From a virus, in the IMG/VR virus record IMGVR_UViG_3300035703_000070, positions 6,315 through 70,314 of that record: a DNA stretch of 64,000 nucleotides. One strand, written 5' to 3'. Positions 17,771 to 28,300 of this stretch are shown in pieces (position 1 is the stretch's first letter; each line of letters starts with the position of its first letter). The translations under genes were made by a program, and so were the position numbers. A model generated the notes under the pieces. It made no database searches. It was given only the letters and a program-made list of their open reading frames with translations, and was not told the origin of the DNA.

Positions 17771-18035
17771 GGTTGTGCAGGACCATGAAATGGTCTAAGC
17801 CATCACCATATTCCAAGCCGAAAACGTTATAAATGGCCCAGCGATAGGTGCCATTGTCCTCCACTTCTGCTTTGTGCATCAGTTTGCACACCTGCCTAAA
17901 CGCTCGTGCCCTGCCCTGATAATCAAGACTGTCCCACCACGCATCATCTTCAGCTCCTTGTTGCTTTTGAAAGGCGCCAAAAGACTCTCTAAGTTGTTTG
18001 ATCTCTTTAGAGTTCAACCAATCTTCCATTGTCAT
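17733..18035 (-). CDS. hypothetical protein
   Basis: ORF from MTMEDWL, ATGA overlap. Confidence 0.65.
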   Translation of the reverse strand: MTMEDWLNSKEIKQLRESFGAFQKQQGAEDDAWWDSLDYQGRARAFRQVCKLMHKAEVEDNGTYRWAIYNVFGLEYGDGLDHFMVLHNLIGKGMDCQESR

Positions 18036-18226
18036 GCCATCGTCCGTCCTTGGAGACTGACGCGCAATGCTCTCCATTTGCGAGCCTCCTTTTCGTGATA
18101 CGTCGCCCATTCCTCCACTGCATTAATGATTGAGCTGTAAGCCTGGCTGCAATCGTCCTGATTACACATCAACTCACACAGCGCCTCACTAATGGCTTCT
18201 TGCTGTTGCTTCAAATGTAAGTCCAA
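18032..18226 (-). CDS. hypothetical protein
   Basis: 64-aa ORF. Confidence 0.55.
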   Translation of the reverse strand: MDLHLKQQQEAISEALCELMCNQDDCSQAYSSIINAVEEWATYHEKEARKWRALRVSLQGRTMA

Positions 18227-18263
18227 TGGAGGAAAGACTAGATGGTGAGATCATACCACCGTT

Positions 18264-19487
18264 TCACACCACTTCCACCCAGCCAATCATCCCAAGAGTT
18301 TTTGCATTGACAGAGCTGTCCACCGTAAGAACAAGCGTGTCGCTAACCCCTGAGGCATTTTGCCCTAATGACAGTCGAATGGCCTCTGCCACTGCATAGT
18401 TATTGGCACTACCTTGGCTCACGAAGCCGGAGTCAATCACGGTGCCGCCAGTCGCCGTGCCACTTGTAGTCACTTCCACGTTGCCCCGTCCATTGTCGGC
18501 AGCGCTCCATGTGACGCCAGTCAATTCAGGGTTCAGACGAAGGCGCCAAAGCACCACGTCACTAGAGGCAGTGGTAGTAGAAATGCGCACAGGAAGGATG
18601 ACATTGTCCGTGCGTCCGCTTGCCATGCGGATGCCAGCAGTAACACGCTCTCCAGAAGTGTTGGGAGCCGTAGCCAGGTCATGACTGACGGAGTAAATGG
18701 CACCATCCGGTTCATAGCCGCCCTCGCTTAATAGACTGCAGCAAATGTGTTTCATTGTCGCGCTAGATGCTTGCGCGGTTGAATTGTGCAGACGATAAGA
18801 CAATGGCAGAATGGCAGTAGTCATGTAGACGCTACTTAGCGCATTGTAATGCTCAAATTCGTGGCAATAAGTGATCTCCCCGTTCACGACGAAGCCACAG
18901 CGAACGCGACCCGAACCGAGCCACTCCAAATCTGCGGTAAAAATCTGCGCCTTAGAGAAATCTAAAGAGTCCAGCGTGTTGAGGTTCCACTCTGATTGAT
19001 TGACCACGTTTTCTTGCACGCTGCCGCCTGCGTAGCTTCTAATGACAAACTGAATTGTTGTTCCGTTTGCTCGGACCATCACTCCATTTTGATCATTGAA
19101 AAGACCCACCTCTTGGACAAGTCCGGGCGACAAAGGAGCACCAACAAAACTTTGTAAAAGCATCATGCTCTTACCGGCTTGATACGGAAAATTTTGCTTG
19201 GTGCGCCTTAGCACAGTGTCGCCGGACGCCGTAGTGGTCGCCATGGCCACGCTGCTTTGGTTAGCCAAGAAAGTGGAGGTGCCGCTTCCAACAATTGCGT
19301 CAAACCATTGATCAGGACGCTTGTCGTAGCGCATGGTGCTATCAAAAAGCGTGTAAGGGGCGCTAGTGCGTTGTCTACCAAACGCATCTACCGCCCCGCT
19401 GTCAACGCCGGTTTGTAAAAGCTGGCCGCGATAATCAGCGAGAATATGCGTCTCGAACTGCTCACCGCCCTTGACTACTTGGCCCAT
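18264..19487 (-). CDS. virion structural protein (beta-rich, cyanophage type)
   Basis: DAFGR.R.S.P.TLFDS, YQAGKS, D.EWLG.G.VR.GF motifs. Confidence 0.7.
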   Translation of the reverse strand: MGQVVKGGEQFETHILADYRGQLLQTGVDSGAVDAFGRQRTSAPYTLFDSTMRYDKRPDQWFDAIVGSGTSTFLANQSSVAMATTTASGDTVLRRTKQNFPYQAGKSMMLLQSFVGAPLSPGLVQEVGLFNDQNGVMVRANGTTIQFVIRSYAGGSVQENVVNQSEWNLNTLDSLDFSKAQIFTADLEWLGSGRVRCGFVVNGEITYCHEFEHYNALSSVYMTTAILPLSYRLHNSTAQASSATMKHICCSLLSEGGYEPDGAIYSVSHDLATAPNTSGERVTAGIRMASGRTDNVILPVRISTTTASSDVVLWRLRLNPELTGVTWSAADNGRGNVEVTTSGTATGGTVIDSGFVSQGSANNYAVAEAIRLSLGQNASGVSDTLVLTVDSSVNAKTLGMIGWVEVV

Positions 19488-19494
19488 TTGCTAG

Positions 19495-19749
19495 TTATTT
19501 TTTGTTTTCTCCATTGTACTGGTTTCCGCCATTGGCTTCTTCATATTCAGAGCCAATGCAAAGCATGGCATCCGCCACGGTGGACGACCCATAACCGCAA
19601 CCCAGCATGAACTGATAGAAAGCCCGTGTCACAGCAGTAGCGGTATCAGCGCTATAGGTGTGATTTATTTCTTGATAGGAGCATGTGTCGTGACACACGC
19701 CATCGTCAGAGAAACGATGGGAAAAGGAAATGGAGTTGACAAACGCCAT
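19495..19749 (-). CDS. hypothetical protein
   Basis: 84-aa ORF, FYQFMLGCGY. Confidence 0.6.
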   Translation of the reverse strand: MAFVNSISFSHRFSDDGVCHDTCSYQEINHTYSADTATAVTRAFYQFMLGCGYGSSTVADAMLCIGSEYEEANGGNQYNGENKK

Positions 19750-19881
19750 GGGGAGGAGCGGAAAGGCTTTTCGAGATTAGCGCGAAAAGCCCACGAATCA
19801 AGACGCCCACGCGTTTTATAAGCATTTGTAATGCGTCAAGAAAAATGGCCGTTTTTGGATTGCTTTTCTTTATCAGCGTGC

Positions 19882-20157
19882 TCAGCAATCCACGGCGTCG
19901 GCGTACTCGGGCTGAGTCTTGAGCCAGGCGTAGCCAATGGCAAGTGGATTGTCGCCGGGCTGCAGCTCACTGGCGGGTGCGAACAGCGTGCGGTCATAGA
20001 TTGGGCTGGCATTGGCGTGGCGTGCATCAGCGGTGGCGTAATGCGAGATTTGCATCAGGCATTGCTCCTTGTCGCAGCGCAGCAGAGTGATGCGGGCGTA
20101 GGTGTCGGCAAGCGGGATGCCGATGTTGGTTTCGGTCAAAGAAGTGGTGAAGGCCAT
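19882..20157 (-). CDS. tail fibre assembly/chaperone-like protein
   Basis: Follows the fibre gene; ends YAWLKTQPEYADAVDC. Confidence 0.55.
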   Translation of the reverse strand: MAFTTSLTETNIGIPLADTYARITLLRCDKEQCLMQISHYATADARHANASPIYDRTLFAPASELQPGDNPLAIGYAWLKTQPEYADAVDC

Positions 20158-21296
20158 TAGAAGGTCATTTCAACAGTGGATATGCGGCAGACCCAACGAA
20201 TCGTGGTGGCTGCTGCACCAGTCACTTCCACTTTGATGCCGCCGTTGGTCGTGTCTGCGGTAACGGCAACCAACCAAGCTGCAGCACCAGCGTCGTTGTG
20301 GGTCATGGTGACGGTGGCCGTGCCAACCATGGTGGTGGAGGCTGCGTTAGCGCCGCGCTTGATTGCACCGTTGATGGTCCACCGGGCAGTATCACCAGCG
20401 CCGGTCACGCCAGCGATCACCTCACCCGAGAAGCTGTAGGCGCTGTTATTGGGCAGGATGACTTGGTTGGTGGTGCTGGCGGCGCTGGTGTCGCTGGTGA
20501 GGACTGTTGCGGTGGCGTCAGTGGTTTGGCGTCCCAGGAGAAGAAGGGCGGATTGGGTGACTCCTGTTGATCCTGCAATAGGAGCGTTGCAAGCAGGAAA
20601 AACGTGATAACCGCTAATGCTGCGTGTGTTGCCATAAGTGCCGCCTGCAACAAAAGAGCGGGAGCCGGAAGCGGTGTTATTTTGGCCGCCTGCGATGGCG
20701 GCACCGACGCCGGTTGTGAGGTTGCTAATGCCGCCTGCAACAATGGACCAGGTGGCGGAGGCGGTGTTCAAGTAGCCACCTCCCACAAACGAATACTGCC
20801 CACTCGCCGTGTTGCCATTCCCCCCACACACCGTTGCGTGCGTGTTGGTTTGGGCGGTGTTGCTCTGGCCGCCGCCGACGAAGCTGTAGCTGCTGGATGC
20901 GGTGTTGCCGTTACCACCTGCAATTGTGCTACGAGTGCCGGACGAAGTATTTGAATCGCCACCTCCAATAGTGGCGAGGGTAGCGGAAGCGGTGTTGTTT
21001 TGACCCCCTCCAACGGTGGAATAGTTGCCAGATGCAACATAGGTATTGATTGTTCGAGATTTCTGCCAATCTGTGGCTGCAATTCCCCGTTTATTCCCAC
21101 CCGCAGCCGTCCCATCCGGCACCTGCGCCAACGTTGCACCCGTGCCCTTGGCGACTAAAGCGATGTCAGCGTTAGCCACGCCCACCGGCGCTTCGCTGAT
21201 TGCCGTCACCGGCGTAGTGCTATTGACGCCGCTGTTGAACAACCGCGCCACCAACCGCAGTGACGATGACGCCCAACCGATTGGATTTACGTTCAC
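20157..21296 (-). CDS. tail fibre / adhesin-like protein
   Basis: Multiple 14-aa GG..N.AS...S.V repeats (beta-roll like). Confidence 0.72.
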   Translation of the reverse strand: MNVNPIGWASSSLRLVARLFNSGVNSTTPVTAISEAPVGVANADIALVAKGTGATLAQVPDGTAAGGNKRGIAATDWQKSRTINTYVASGNYSTVGGGQNNTASATLATIGGGDSNTSSGTRSTIAGGNGNTASSSYSFVGGGQSNTAQTNTHATVCGGNGNTASGQYSFVGGGYLNTASATWSIVAGGISNLTTGVGAAIAGGQNNTASGSRSFVAGGTYGNTRSISGYHVFPACNAPIAGSTGVTQSALLLLGRQTTDATATVLTSDTSAASTTNQVILPNNSAYSFSGEVIAGVTGAGDTARWTINGAIKRGANAASTTMVGTATVTMTHNDAGAAAWLVAVTADTTNGGIKVEVTGAAATTIRWVCRISTVEMTF

Positions 21297-21688
21297 GTCA
21301 GGTCACCTCCGAACGCCAGCACACGCACTGTGCCAGTGGTCGGTGCAACGGTGATCGTGGCGCCCAACTTGTAGCTCGCGCTTGGCAGCACCAGATCGGT
21401 GTAGGCCGTCACCAAACGGTAAGCCTTGGCGGTGTTGCTGCCCGTGGTGGCGCTGATCGTGATCTGATCAAACAGATCCCACTGCGTGCCGTCGTACAGG
21501 AACAAGTTGACCAATGCCGCCACCGTCGTCGCGGTGCCCTGCACGTTGACGCTCAAGATCCTGGTGCCAGCCGAGACACCCGTGATCAGGTCGTTGATCG
21601 TGCCAGTGCCATCAGTGGCGGTGTTGGCCGTGCTAAGCGACACCCGGCCGATGCGGGGCGTCGAGATGAAAGCGGGAGAGGCAGCCAT
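21293..21688 (-). CDS. tail fibre accessory protein
   Basis: Beta-sandwich-like, coupled within the fibre cassette. Confidence 0.6.
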   Translation of the reverse strand: MAASPAFISTPRIGRVSLSTANTATDGTGTINDLITGVSAGTRILSVNVQGTATTVAALVNLFLYDGTQWDLFDQITISATTGSNTAKAYRLVTAYTDLVLPSASYKLGATITVAPTTGTVRVLAFGGDLT

Positions 21689-21691
21689 GGC

Positions 21692-21958
21692 TTAGATGCA
21701 GATGCTGTTGAGGTACAAGTTGTCACCAACGGAACTGCCGCCACCGCCACCGCCTGCTGTGGCCCACGACAGCACGCCGGAGCCGTTGGTGCTAAGCACC
21801 TGGCCGCTGGTGCCATCCGTTGCCGGCAGTGTCCAGATACGGTTGGTGGTGATGGTTGCAGGGGCTTTGAAGCCAACATAAGCGGACGAATCCGCATCCG
21901 CCAGCCGCAGCTCGCGCTGCGCGTTAAGAGCAATGTCAGTCTCAAAGACCCTTGCCAT
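21692..21958 (-). CDS. short tail fibre protein
   Basis: TLPATDGTSGQVLSTNGSGVLSW fibre motif. Confidence 0.65.
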   Translation of the reverse strand: MARVFETDIALNAQRELRLADADSSAYVGFKAPATITTNRIWTLPATDGTSGQVLSTNGSGVLSWATAGGGGGGSSVGDNLYLNSICI

Positions 21959-22749
21959 CAGCCAAGCACCACCACGCGATAGGCGTTAGAAGCCGGGGCC
22001 GTGGCGAACACCACAGCGACCGTGTTCACGCCAGTGCGCTGCACGTCCACTTCTACGTCGTCGTACTGTCCGCTGTTTGGGAACACCCGCACCACGACAT
22101 CCCTGGTGTTGAGGTTGTGGGTGACGGTGTAGCTGGTGTTGCTGCCATCGCCAACATCAGACGACACCTTCCGCAAACGGCCAGACCAGTTGGCCAGCTT
22201 CAGCGGGGTGATGATGCGGGCGTCATCGGTGCCGGCGTCAACCTCGGCCTGCGTGGCAATCTCAGCGATGCCTGCCGTTGACTCGCTGGCGGCCGGTGCT
22301 GCAGCAGCAAACGATGTGAACAGCACGTTGCTGCTGTCGATCGTGCCGTTGACCTGCGTTTGCCGCCAAGTGGTACCAGCGTCGGTGCCCTCCTCGACGG
22401 TGATGATCGCCTGCTCTAGCTCGGCAAACGTGCTGGCATCAAGCGAGCGGGTCATCGCCACTGCTGAGCCGTTCCAGACGTAGATGCCGTTTTGGCTCTG
22501 CGTGGATTGGTTGCGGACCAGCACGCGGTCCTGGCTGGCCATCGTCACACCATCAATCGTCGAGCCAGGGCTGCTTAGATTAATGCTGCTTTGCGTGGCA
22601 ACGCGAGCGCTGTCCTTCCAGGCCAGGCCCTCAATGGCGCTGTCAACGTAACTCTTGGGAACCGCATCACCCGCTGCGCTGGGAGTGGGGACGTTGATGA
22701 CCTTCGACGTGCTTTGCAGGTCGATGTCAGTAAAAAACTTTCTTGCCAT
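21958..22749 (-). CDS. tail fibre protein
   Basis: DAVPKSYVD, WKDSARVAT, DRVLVRNQ...QNGIY, GIAEIATQAE, VTHNLNT. Confidence 0.75.
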   Translation of the reverse strand: MARKFFTDIDLQSTSKVINVPTPSAAGDAVPKSYVDSAIEGLAWKDSARVATQSSINLSSPGSTIDGVTMASQDRVLVRNQSTQSQNGIYVWNGSAVAMTRSLDASTFAELEQAIITVEEGTDAGTTWRQTQVNGTIDSSNVLFTSFAAAAPAASESTAGIAEIATQAEVDAGTDDARIITPLKLANWSGRLRKVSSDVGDGSNTSYTVTHNLNTRDVVVRVFPNSGQYDDVEVDVQRTGVNTVAVVFATAPASNAYRVVVLG

Positions 22750-22750
22750 G

Positions 22751-23119
22751 TTAAATTAGGCGAGCGAGGCCGGCGGACGCTGGATTCAGTATAACAACAG
22801 TTTGATTTGTGGATGGATGGGCAACTTCACAATCGATTTCTTGACTCCCGGAATCAAGAACTTCTACTGATGGCTTATAGCCAAGATTGTGATTGATGGT
22901 CCAAGTTGTCGCGGGTGATTCTTGCGTGAACACATATGGGCTGACGCCCGCCGGCCCCTGTGGCCCAGGGGGGCCAATTGGACCTTGAGGGCCAGTGGCC
23001 CCTTGAGGGCCAAAAGCAGCGCTTTCGACAATAGTTTCGACGATGGGAGCAAGTGATACCACCACTTGCTGCTCATCTACAAGTACAGTCGTCTGGTTTT
23101 CGTTGACTACGACAGTCAT
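22751..23119 (-). CDS. collagen-repeat tail protein
   Basis: GPQGATGPQGPIGPPGPQGPAG; WTINHNLG..PSV. Confidence 0.75.
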   Translation of the reverse strand: MTVVVNENQTTVLVDEQQVVVSLAPIVETIVESAAFGPQGATGPQGPIGPPGPQGPAGVSPYVFTQESPATTWTINHNLGYKPSVEVLDSGSQEIDCEVAHPSTNQTVVILNPASAGLARLI

Positions 23120-23454
23120 TTCCAGCTCAGTCCCGGATTAAAGAATGCAGTGCCTTCCAGAAGATAATACTTGCTATTGTCGGGCTCCACAATTAAAACG
23201 TCATATTGTCCTTGCTCAGTAATACCACTCGTCGTTGCAGCCTCGAGGCGAATCTTAAAAATGCCACTTGCTTGGCTCACATAGGGAGTGGAAAAATCAG
23301 CAAGCTTAGTCACACCAAGCTTGTCGTAAAGCTTGGAAGCAACTGTATAACCGCTCATATTAACTGGCGTACCATTGCCATCTTTGTACTGCACCTGCAG
23401 CTCAAAAGTGGCGCCTTGATGAATGGTGATGTCGTGGCGTCCCGGAGTAATCAT
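23116..23454 (-). CDS. fibre-anchoring/baseplate-upper-like protein
   Basis: I.QGATF...Y.D..G.PVN.SGY...YDVLI...LLEG pattern. Confidence 0.6.
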   Translation of the reverse strand: MITPGRHDITIHQGATFELQVQYKDGNGTPVNMSGYTVASKLYDKLGVTKLADFSTPYVSQASGIFKIRLEAATTSGITEQGQYDVLIVEPDNSKYYLLEGTAFFNPGLSWK

Positions 23455-23608
23455 TGTTTCATCTCCGTTGCAAATTGCGGTCTAACAAGGCCGAGATTGC
23501 GCAATGCCAACGGTCACGATTTGTTTCATTATAGCCTTGGCCATGAAACAAACAATGGAAAAGGGAATTGTCGCTGATCGCCCCCGCCAGAACAGAAAAG
23601 AGATTGTC

Positions 23609-23749
23609 CTAGCGGCCTTGTCCACGAAGAGGCTTCTTTCCTCGTCTTGCGGGCCGCGAATTTTTGCCTTGCCCAATTGACGTGGTCTTAGGCTTGCTGA
23701 TGATAATACGCTTGGAGCTTGACGCTCCAGCCTTGCTCTTGACGGCCAT
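23609..23749 (-). CDS. small highly basic protein (46 aa)
   Basis: Read manually: MAVKSKAGASSSKRIIISKPKTTSIGQGKNSRPARRGKKPLRGQGR. Confidence 0.7.
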   Translation of the reverse strand: MAVKSKAGASSSKRIIISKPKTTSIGQGKNSRPARRGKKPLRGQGR

Positions 23750-23809
23750 GAACGGAGGAAAACGAGGGTGCGATGGATGGTAAAGGGAAGTGCTCTAATT
23801 CCGCCGGGC

Positions 23810-24265
23810 TCAGTCAGCGTCGGCCAGTAAGCCAAGTGACGCCAGCTTGGTTTCCATCTCATTCAGGCGAATTTGCAAGTTGCGAATCACCGACAACACA
23901 GTATTCCCTTCATCCTTGGTAACAAAACCAAAGCCTGTATTTTGCACCAAATCCTGCACAGCATACTCTGGCGTGCCAGGCGACGTGTGCGTGATAGTGG
24001 TCAGCTCATCAGTCAGCTCTGTCGGCTGCACCACAGGCGTGGCATTGAAAAAGCCGATCTTTTGACTGGGACTGGTGCCGAATTTGGTGCCAGTGGTCGT
24101 ACCAGTGGCAATGTCAAGGGCGTCGGGAATCTTGAACAGTTCCGTCAGCGTGATACGCTTATTTTTACTAGAGGCCGACGCTTCACTGATGTCAACAATC
24201 GGCAGGTAGTCGCCCGCCGCCGGAGTGGTCAGTGCTGTCAGGTCTGAAATCTTGCGGTCGGCCAT
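23810..24265 (-). CDS. fibre/decoration protein with MADRKISDL N-terminal domain
   Basis: KISDLTALT.P...D.LPIVD...KNKRIT; KIGFFNATPVVQP. Confidence 0.65.
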   Translation of the reverse strand: MADRKISDLTALTTPAAGDYLPIVDISEASASSKNKRITLTELFKIPDALDIATGTTTGTKFGTSPSQKIGFFNATPVVQPTELTDELTTITHTSPGTPEYAVQDLVQNTGFGFVTKDEGNTVLSVIRNLQIRLNEMETKLASLGLLADAD

Positions 24266-24275
24266 GGAAGTGGTT

Positions 24276-24464
24276 TTACTCCGATTCTAAGGGCTTGGGT
24301 TCAGGAGGGGCAATGAAAGTGCCGTCTGCATAGGTCCAGCCAGGCGCCACCATCACGTCATCCTCGACGACGTGGGCAACTGTGCCGTCTGGCGCTATGC
24401 AGGAGTCGTCCCACACAATAACATTGGCAACAAAGCCTGCATCAATAACCAGTGCTGCTTTCAT
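24276..24464 (-). CDS. tail fibre assembly protein
   Basis: V.NVIV...GWTY.DGTF..P pattern. Confidence 0.6.
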   Translation of the reverse strand: MKAALVIDAGFVANVIVWDDSCIAPDGTVAHVVEDDVMVAPGWTYADGTFIAPPEPKPLESE

Positions 24465-25375
24465 TAACTGTACTCCCAAATGCGAATCATGCCGGAACCA
24501 CCAGCCTTACCGACCACGTTACCAATACCACCGCCACCGCCTCCTCCTCCACTGGCGCCAGCCACGTTAACTGCGGCACCAATCTGAAAAAATGAATCGC
24601 CGCCACCGGCGCCAGTATATCCAGGACCGCCACGACGAGTGATGTCGCCGTTGCTTGCACTGCCGCCGGCACCACCACCGCCGGACACTGGATAACCTTC
24701 GCCATCGGTAGTACCACCAGTGCCACCACTGCCGCCCGTGGCAGTTATCGTTGTCGCTCCAACGGTAAAAGTGGTGCTTCCTCCTGTGCCGCCGACACCG
24801 CCAATGGCGCCACCATTACCACCGGCTCCAATCGCGTAGGTGTAGGAGGTTGATGCCGTAACTGTAAAGAACTTTGCAACGAAACCGGCGCTGCCGCCTC
24901 CACCGCCGACGGCGGTACCAAAATATAAGAGGCCGCCGCCACCCCCACCTCCTCCTCCAGCGGCTTCAACATATATTTTCGTGCAATTCGCTGGCGTCGT
25001 GTAGCTTGTGCCAGACGTTAAAATTTGTGGCGCCCGTAAAAGCTGTCCACCAGATGTAACCGCCGCCCAGCTCGCGCTGGTGCCGTCAGTCGTTAAATAT
25101 TTGCCGCTATTGCCGGTCTGCGAAGGCAGCGTGCCTTCAAACGCAATGGAATTACCACTAATAGTGGCAATCGAAATCCACGAACTGTCTGCAGGGTTGC
25201 GCAATTTCCACACTGCGCTAGCGCCACTAATGTCCACCCAGTCCATATATGCCACCGTCGTTGATGGCTCGCCAACGCCGCTGCTTTTGCTGAACAGCGC
25301 AGAAAGGTTGCTGTTAATGTCTCCCCTAACAACAGGGAACGTATTATTTTGTACAGTCTGGTCTGCTTGAGCCAT
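24464..25375 (-). CDS. glycine-rich tail fibre protein
   Basis: VRGDINSNL.AL N-terminus; LPSQTGNSGKYLTTDG; Gly-rich C-terminal domain. Confidence 0.75.
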   Translation of the reverse strand: MAQADQTVQNNTFPVVRGDINSNLSALFSKSSGVGEPSTTVAYMDWVDISGASAVWKLRNPADSSWISIATISGNSIAFEGTLPSQTGNSGKYLTTDGTSASWAAVTSGGQLLRAPQILTSGTSYTTPANCTKIYVEAAGGGGGGGGGLLYFGTAVGGGGGSAGFVAKFFTVTASTSYTYAIGAGGNGGAIGGVGGTGGSTTFTVGATTITATGGSGGTGGTTDGEGYPVSGGGGAGGSASNGDITRRGGPGYTGAGGGDSFFQIGAAVNVAGASGGGGGGGGIGNVVGKAGGSGMIRIWEYS

Positions 25376-25377
25376 TC

Positions 25378-28300
25378 TTAGATTTCCTTGCCGTAGCCAG
25401 TAGCAGTATAAGCAAAACTGCGTGTAACCGCAACATTGCTGCTGTTTTTGAATGCTACCGTAAATCCTGTGCGCGATGCGCTGCTAACCGTATAATAATC
25501 GCCAGACACCATATTTGAAGAGCTGATGACAATTTCAGGAGTTTGGTAAAATGCGTCCGTAAAAGTCACTGCATAAGTGCTGTTGCCAGTGCCGCCGCCG
25601 CTTTCAACACGCTGCTGCAATTCCGCCACCGCCCCAAGCTCGGAAACGACCAGTCCCACTTGTGACGAAAGGGTTGAGCCTTCCACTTTTAACTGAATAC
25701 CTCGACCGCGAACAATGGCATTTACATATTCGTTCCAATCGCCCCAGGTCGGGTCCATAAACAAAAACGTGCCATCTTCTAGCAGCAAGTCGTCGCCATC
25801 TTCCAGCAAGAAATTATCTGACAAAGAATCATTTGTAGTGCGCACGTAGGTGATTGCGTTGACAACATCTAGACTGCCGCCATCGAAGTCCCCCGGCTGG
25901 TCGTCAAAGTTTCCACTTACATCGTCAAACGTGATTCCGCTAATGGTAACAGGAGAGCTAACGATGCGACGACGAATGTTCACGTCGTAAATTTGCGTTA
26001 AATCCAGCTCCTCTGCGTAAACATAGCTTCCCGTTGGCGCGACAGTTGGATCAAGAAACAAGCCGGCATATTCATTTAGGGATTCCTGTAATAGCGGATC
26101 GCCTTCTTCGTCAAGCATTGCATACTCGTCCTCCAGTAGCAATAGCATCGGAGGCAAGTTAAGGTTTAGATTTTCTCCTTCGCCCGTGAAGCTTGGATTT
26201 TCTGTCCATGTTTTCAGCGCCAGTCGCGGTTGTGGTGTTGGTAGCACCGCCGATATTGCAACTGGATTTTCTGAACGCACGCCGGCCTGATCTCGGAATG
26301 CCACAAAATAGGTGCCATCAAGCAAGGGCACTTGCTTTTGAGTTTGGTTGCCAGCCGCTGATTGCACAATGGCATTACTTGTGCTCCATTCCGCTGTATC
26401 AATATCACGTGGATCGTGACGAATTAAGACTTCACCGCCAACCAGCACGTCAAGATCAGTGGCTAAATTCCATTGAATGATGGCGTTGCTTTCGTTGATT
26501 GGCACCAAGCTGACACCAGTCACGTCCGAAGGCGGTAAGCCCACGCCGGTAACATAAACGGTTATCGTGGTCGGTATGCTGTACAGAATTTTTGAAGTGC
26601 TAACTGACTGCACTTCAATGTTGTAAGTGCCAGGAGCGGCGTCTAAAATTTCATACGATGGGCCGTAAACTCGACGTTCAGTCCAGTTGGTAAAATCACC
26701 ACGCCAGCGCACGAAGTATTCATTAATGCCTCTAACCTGCTGCCAAGTGAGCAACAATTTGGCAGCAATGCGTCCGTTCAGATTGTATAAAAGCTCTTCG
26801 CTGCTCAGATTGGTTGGTTGATCAGGCAATTCGTTCAGGCTGCTGATATTTTTTGCTTCAAGCGGTGCGCCACTTTCAACAAACGCGTATTTACTTTGGT
26901 TGTACGAAATAGCGCTAACGGCAAAATTCATTCCATCCTGTTCCTGCACCCCTAGCACTCGCCATTTCGTTGGGGCAACGTTGTCGCCGTCACACATCCA
27001 AATGGAGCCGGCATTTGGCGCACTGCTAAACGCGGGCGACACGGTAACAACATTACCGACAGGCAGGCCGCTGATTGCACGGCTTTCAACGATGCCATCA
27101 GGCAGCACCACGCTCAATGTGCCAGCCGTCACGTCACCAATGTTGTCAACAGTGACAACGGTGGTAGTAGCAGAGCTAATGCGGCCAGCGCGACGTTGAC
27201 CACTCTTAACGGGGTCGGCAATTTCGATGATCGAACCAGGCCGCAGCACCACTCCATTTTCCAATCCAGTGGTAAATGACACCACGTCGGTTTCGTAGCG
27301 CTCGGAATAAAGTAGCCATTTGCCAATGCGATGGGCTTGAGCGCGACTGGTACAGGCAAAGGCACTCACTTCTTTCGTAGTGACGCCATACTTGGCAATC
27401 ATTTCGGTATCTTCCACCACTTCACGATCAATGTCGCGCAGTTCCATGTTCAGCCAGCTAACAATGGCAACCGTGGCGCGAGTTTTAATGCTGCTTCCTT
27501 CATAGGCAAAGTTGCCCTCAACGACATTTGCAGGGCTAAATAGTGCCACTGCATCAGAGGGACGATCTTGCGCAACAGTTAAACTGCCGATGCTCCAAAA
27601 TGGCATGGCGCGAAACACCGAGCACAGATCATTGATAAGTTTATAGGCCTCTTCTGCTGTTTGCATGTTGACATTGCAGCTAAAACGTGGTTCCGTCAGC
27701 GGGTTATTCAGGCCAGTATTGACCAGTTCAGAGCAATATTGACTTGCGCGATAAAATGCCCATTTATCAAGATTGGCGGCCTTGATATGATCACCCAGTC
27801 CATAGCGCGTAGCAGTGAGCAGGTCGTACAAGATCCACGCCGGATCCGTTGTCCATTGCGCCGCAGCAAATGTGCCGTCCCATACGCCGCTGTAGATCAA
27901 ACGGCCATTCTCAATGTCTACAGTGGCATTACTCGGAACGGCAATCTTTATGCCGCGAATTCTGTAACTGCGACTTGGAATGCGACTAAACTGCTCTGCG
28001 TCAATTCGCAGCGCTACGTATGCACTATTTGGGTAACGTAGCTTTTCGTAGACCAACTCTGTATAACTCGACCAACGGAAGGCGTTGCTTAGCTTTGCGC
28101 TGGTGCTGTCGTTAGTAACTCGTGTTACCTTGATGTCAACGGGGAATGAGTCATTAAGCTGCAAGGTGCCGCTTGCCGTCAGACTTGCTGTGTCCGTATA
28201 GGTGAATACTGTCGGACTGACTACGTTCAATACCTTGCGTGTTCCACTTGCAGCGGCTCCCGATGTAATGTTGGCCAAAAAAGTGGCGCCCACGGACAGT

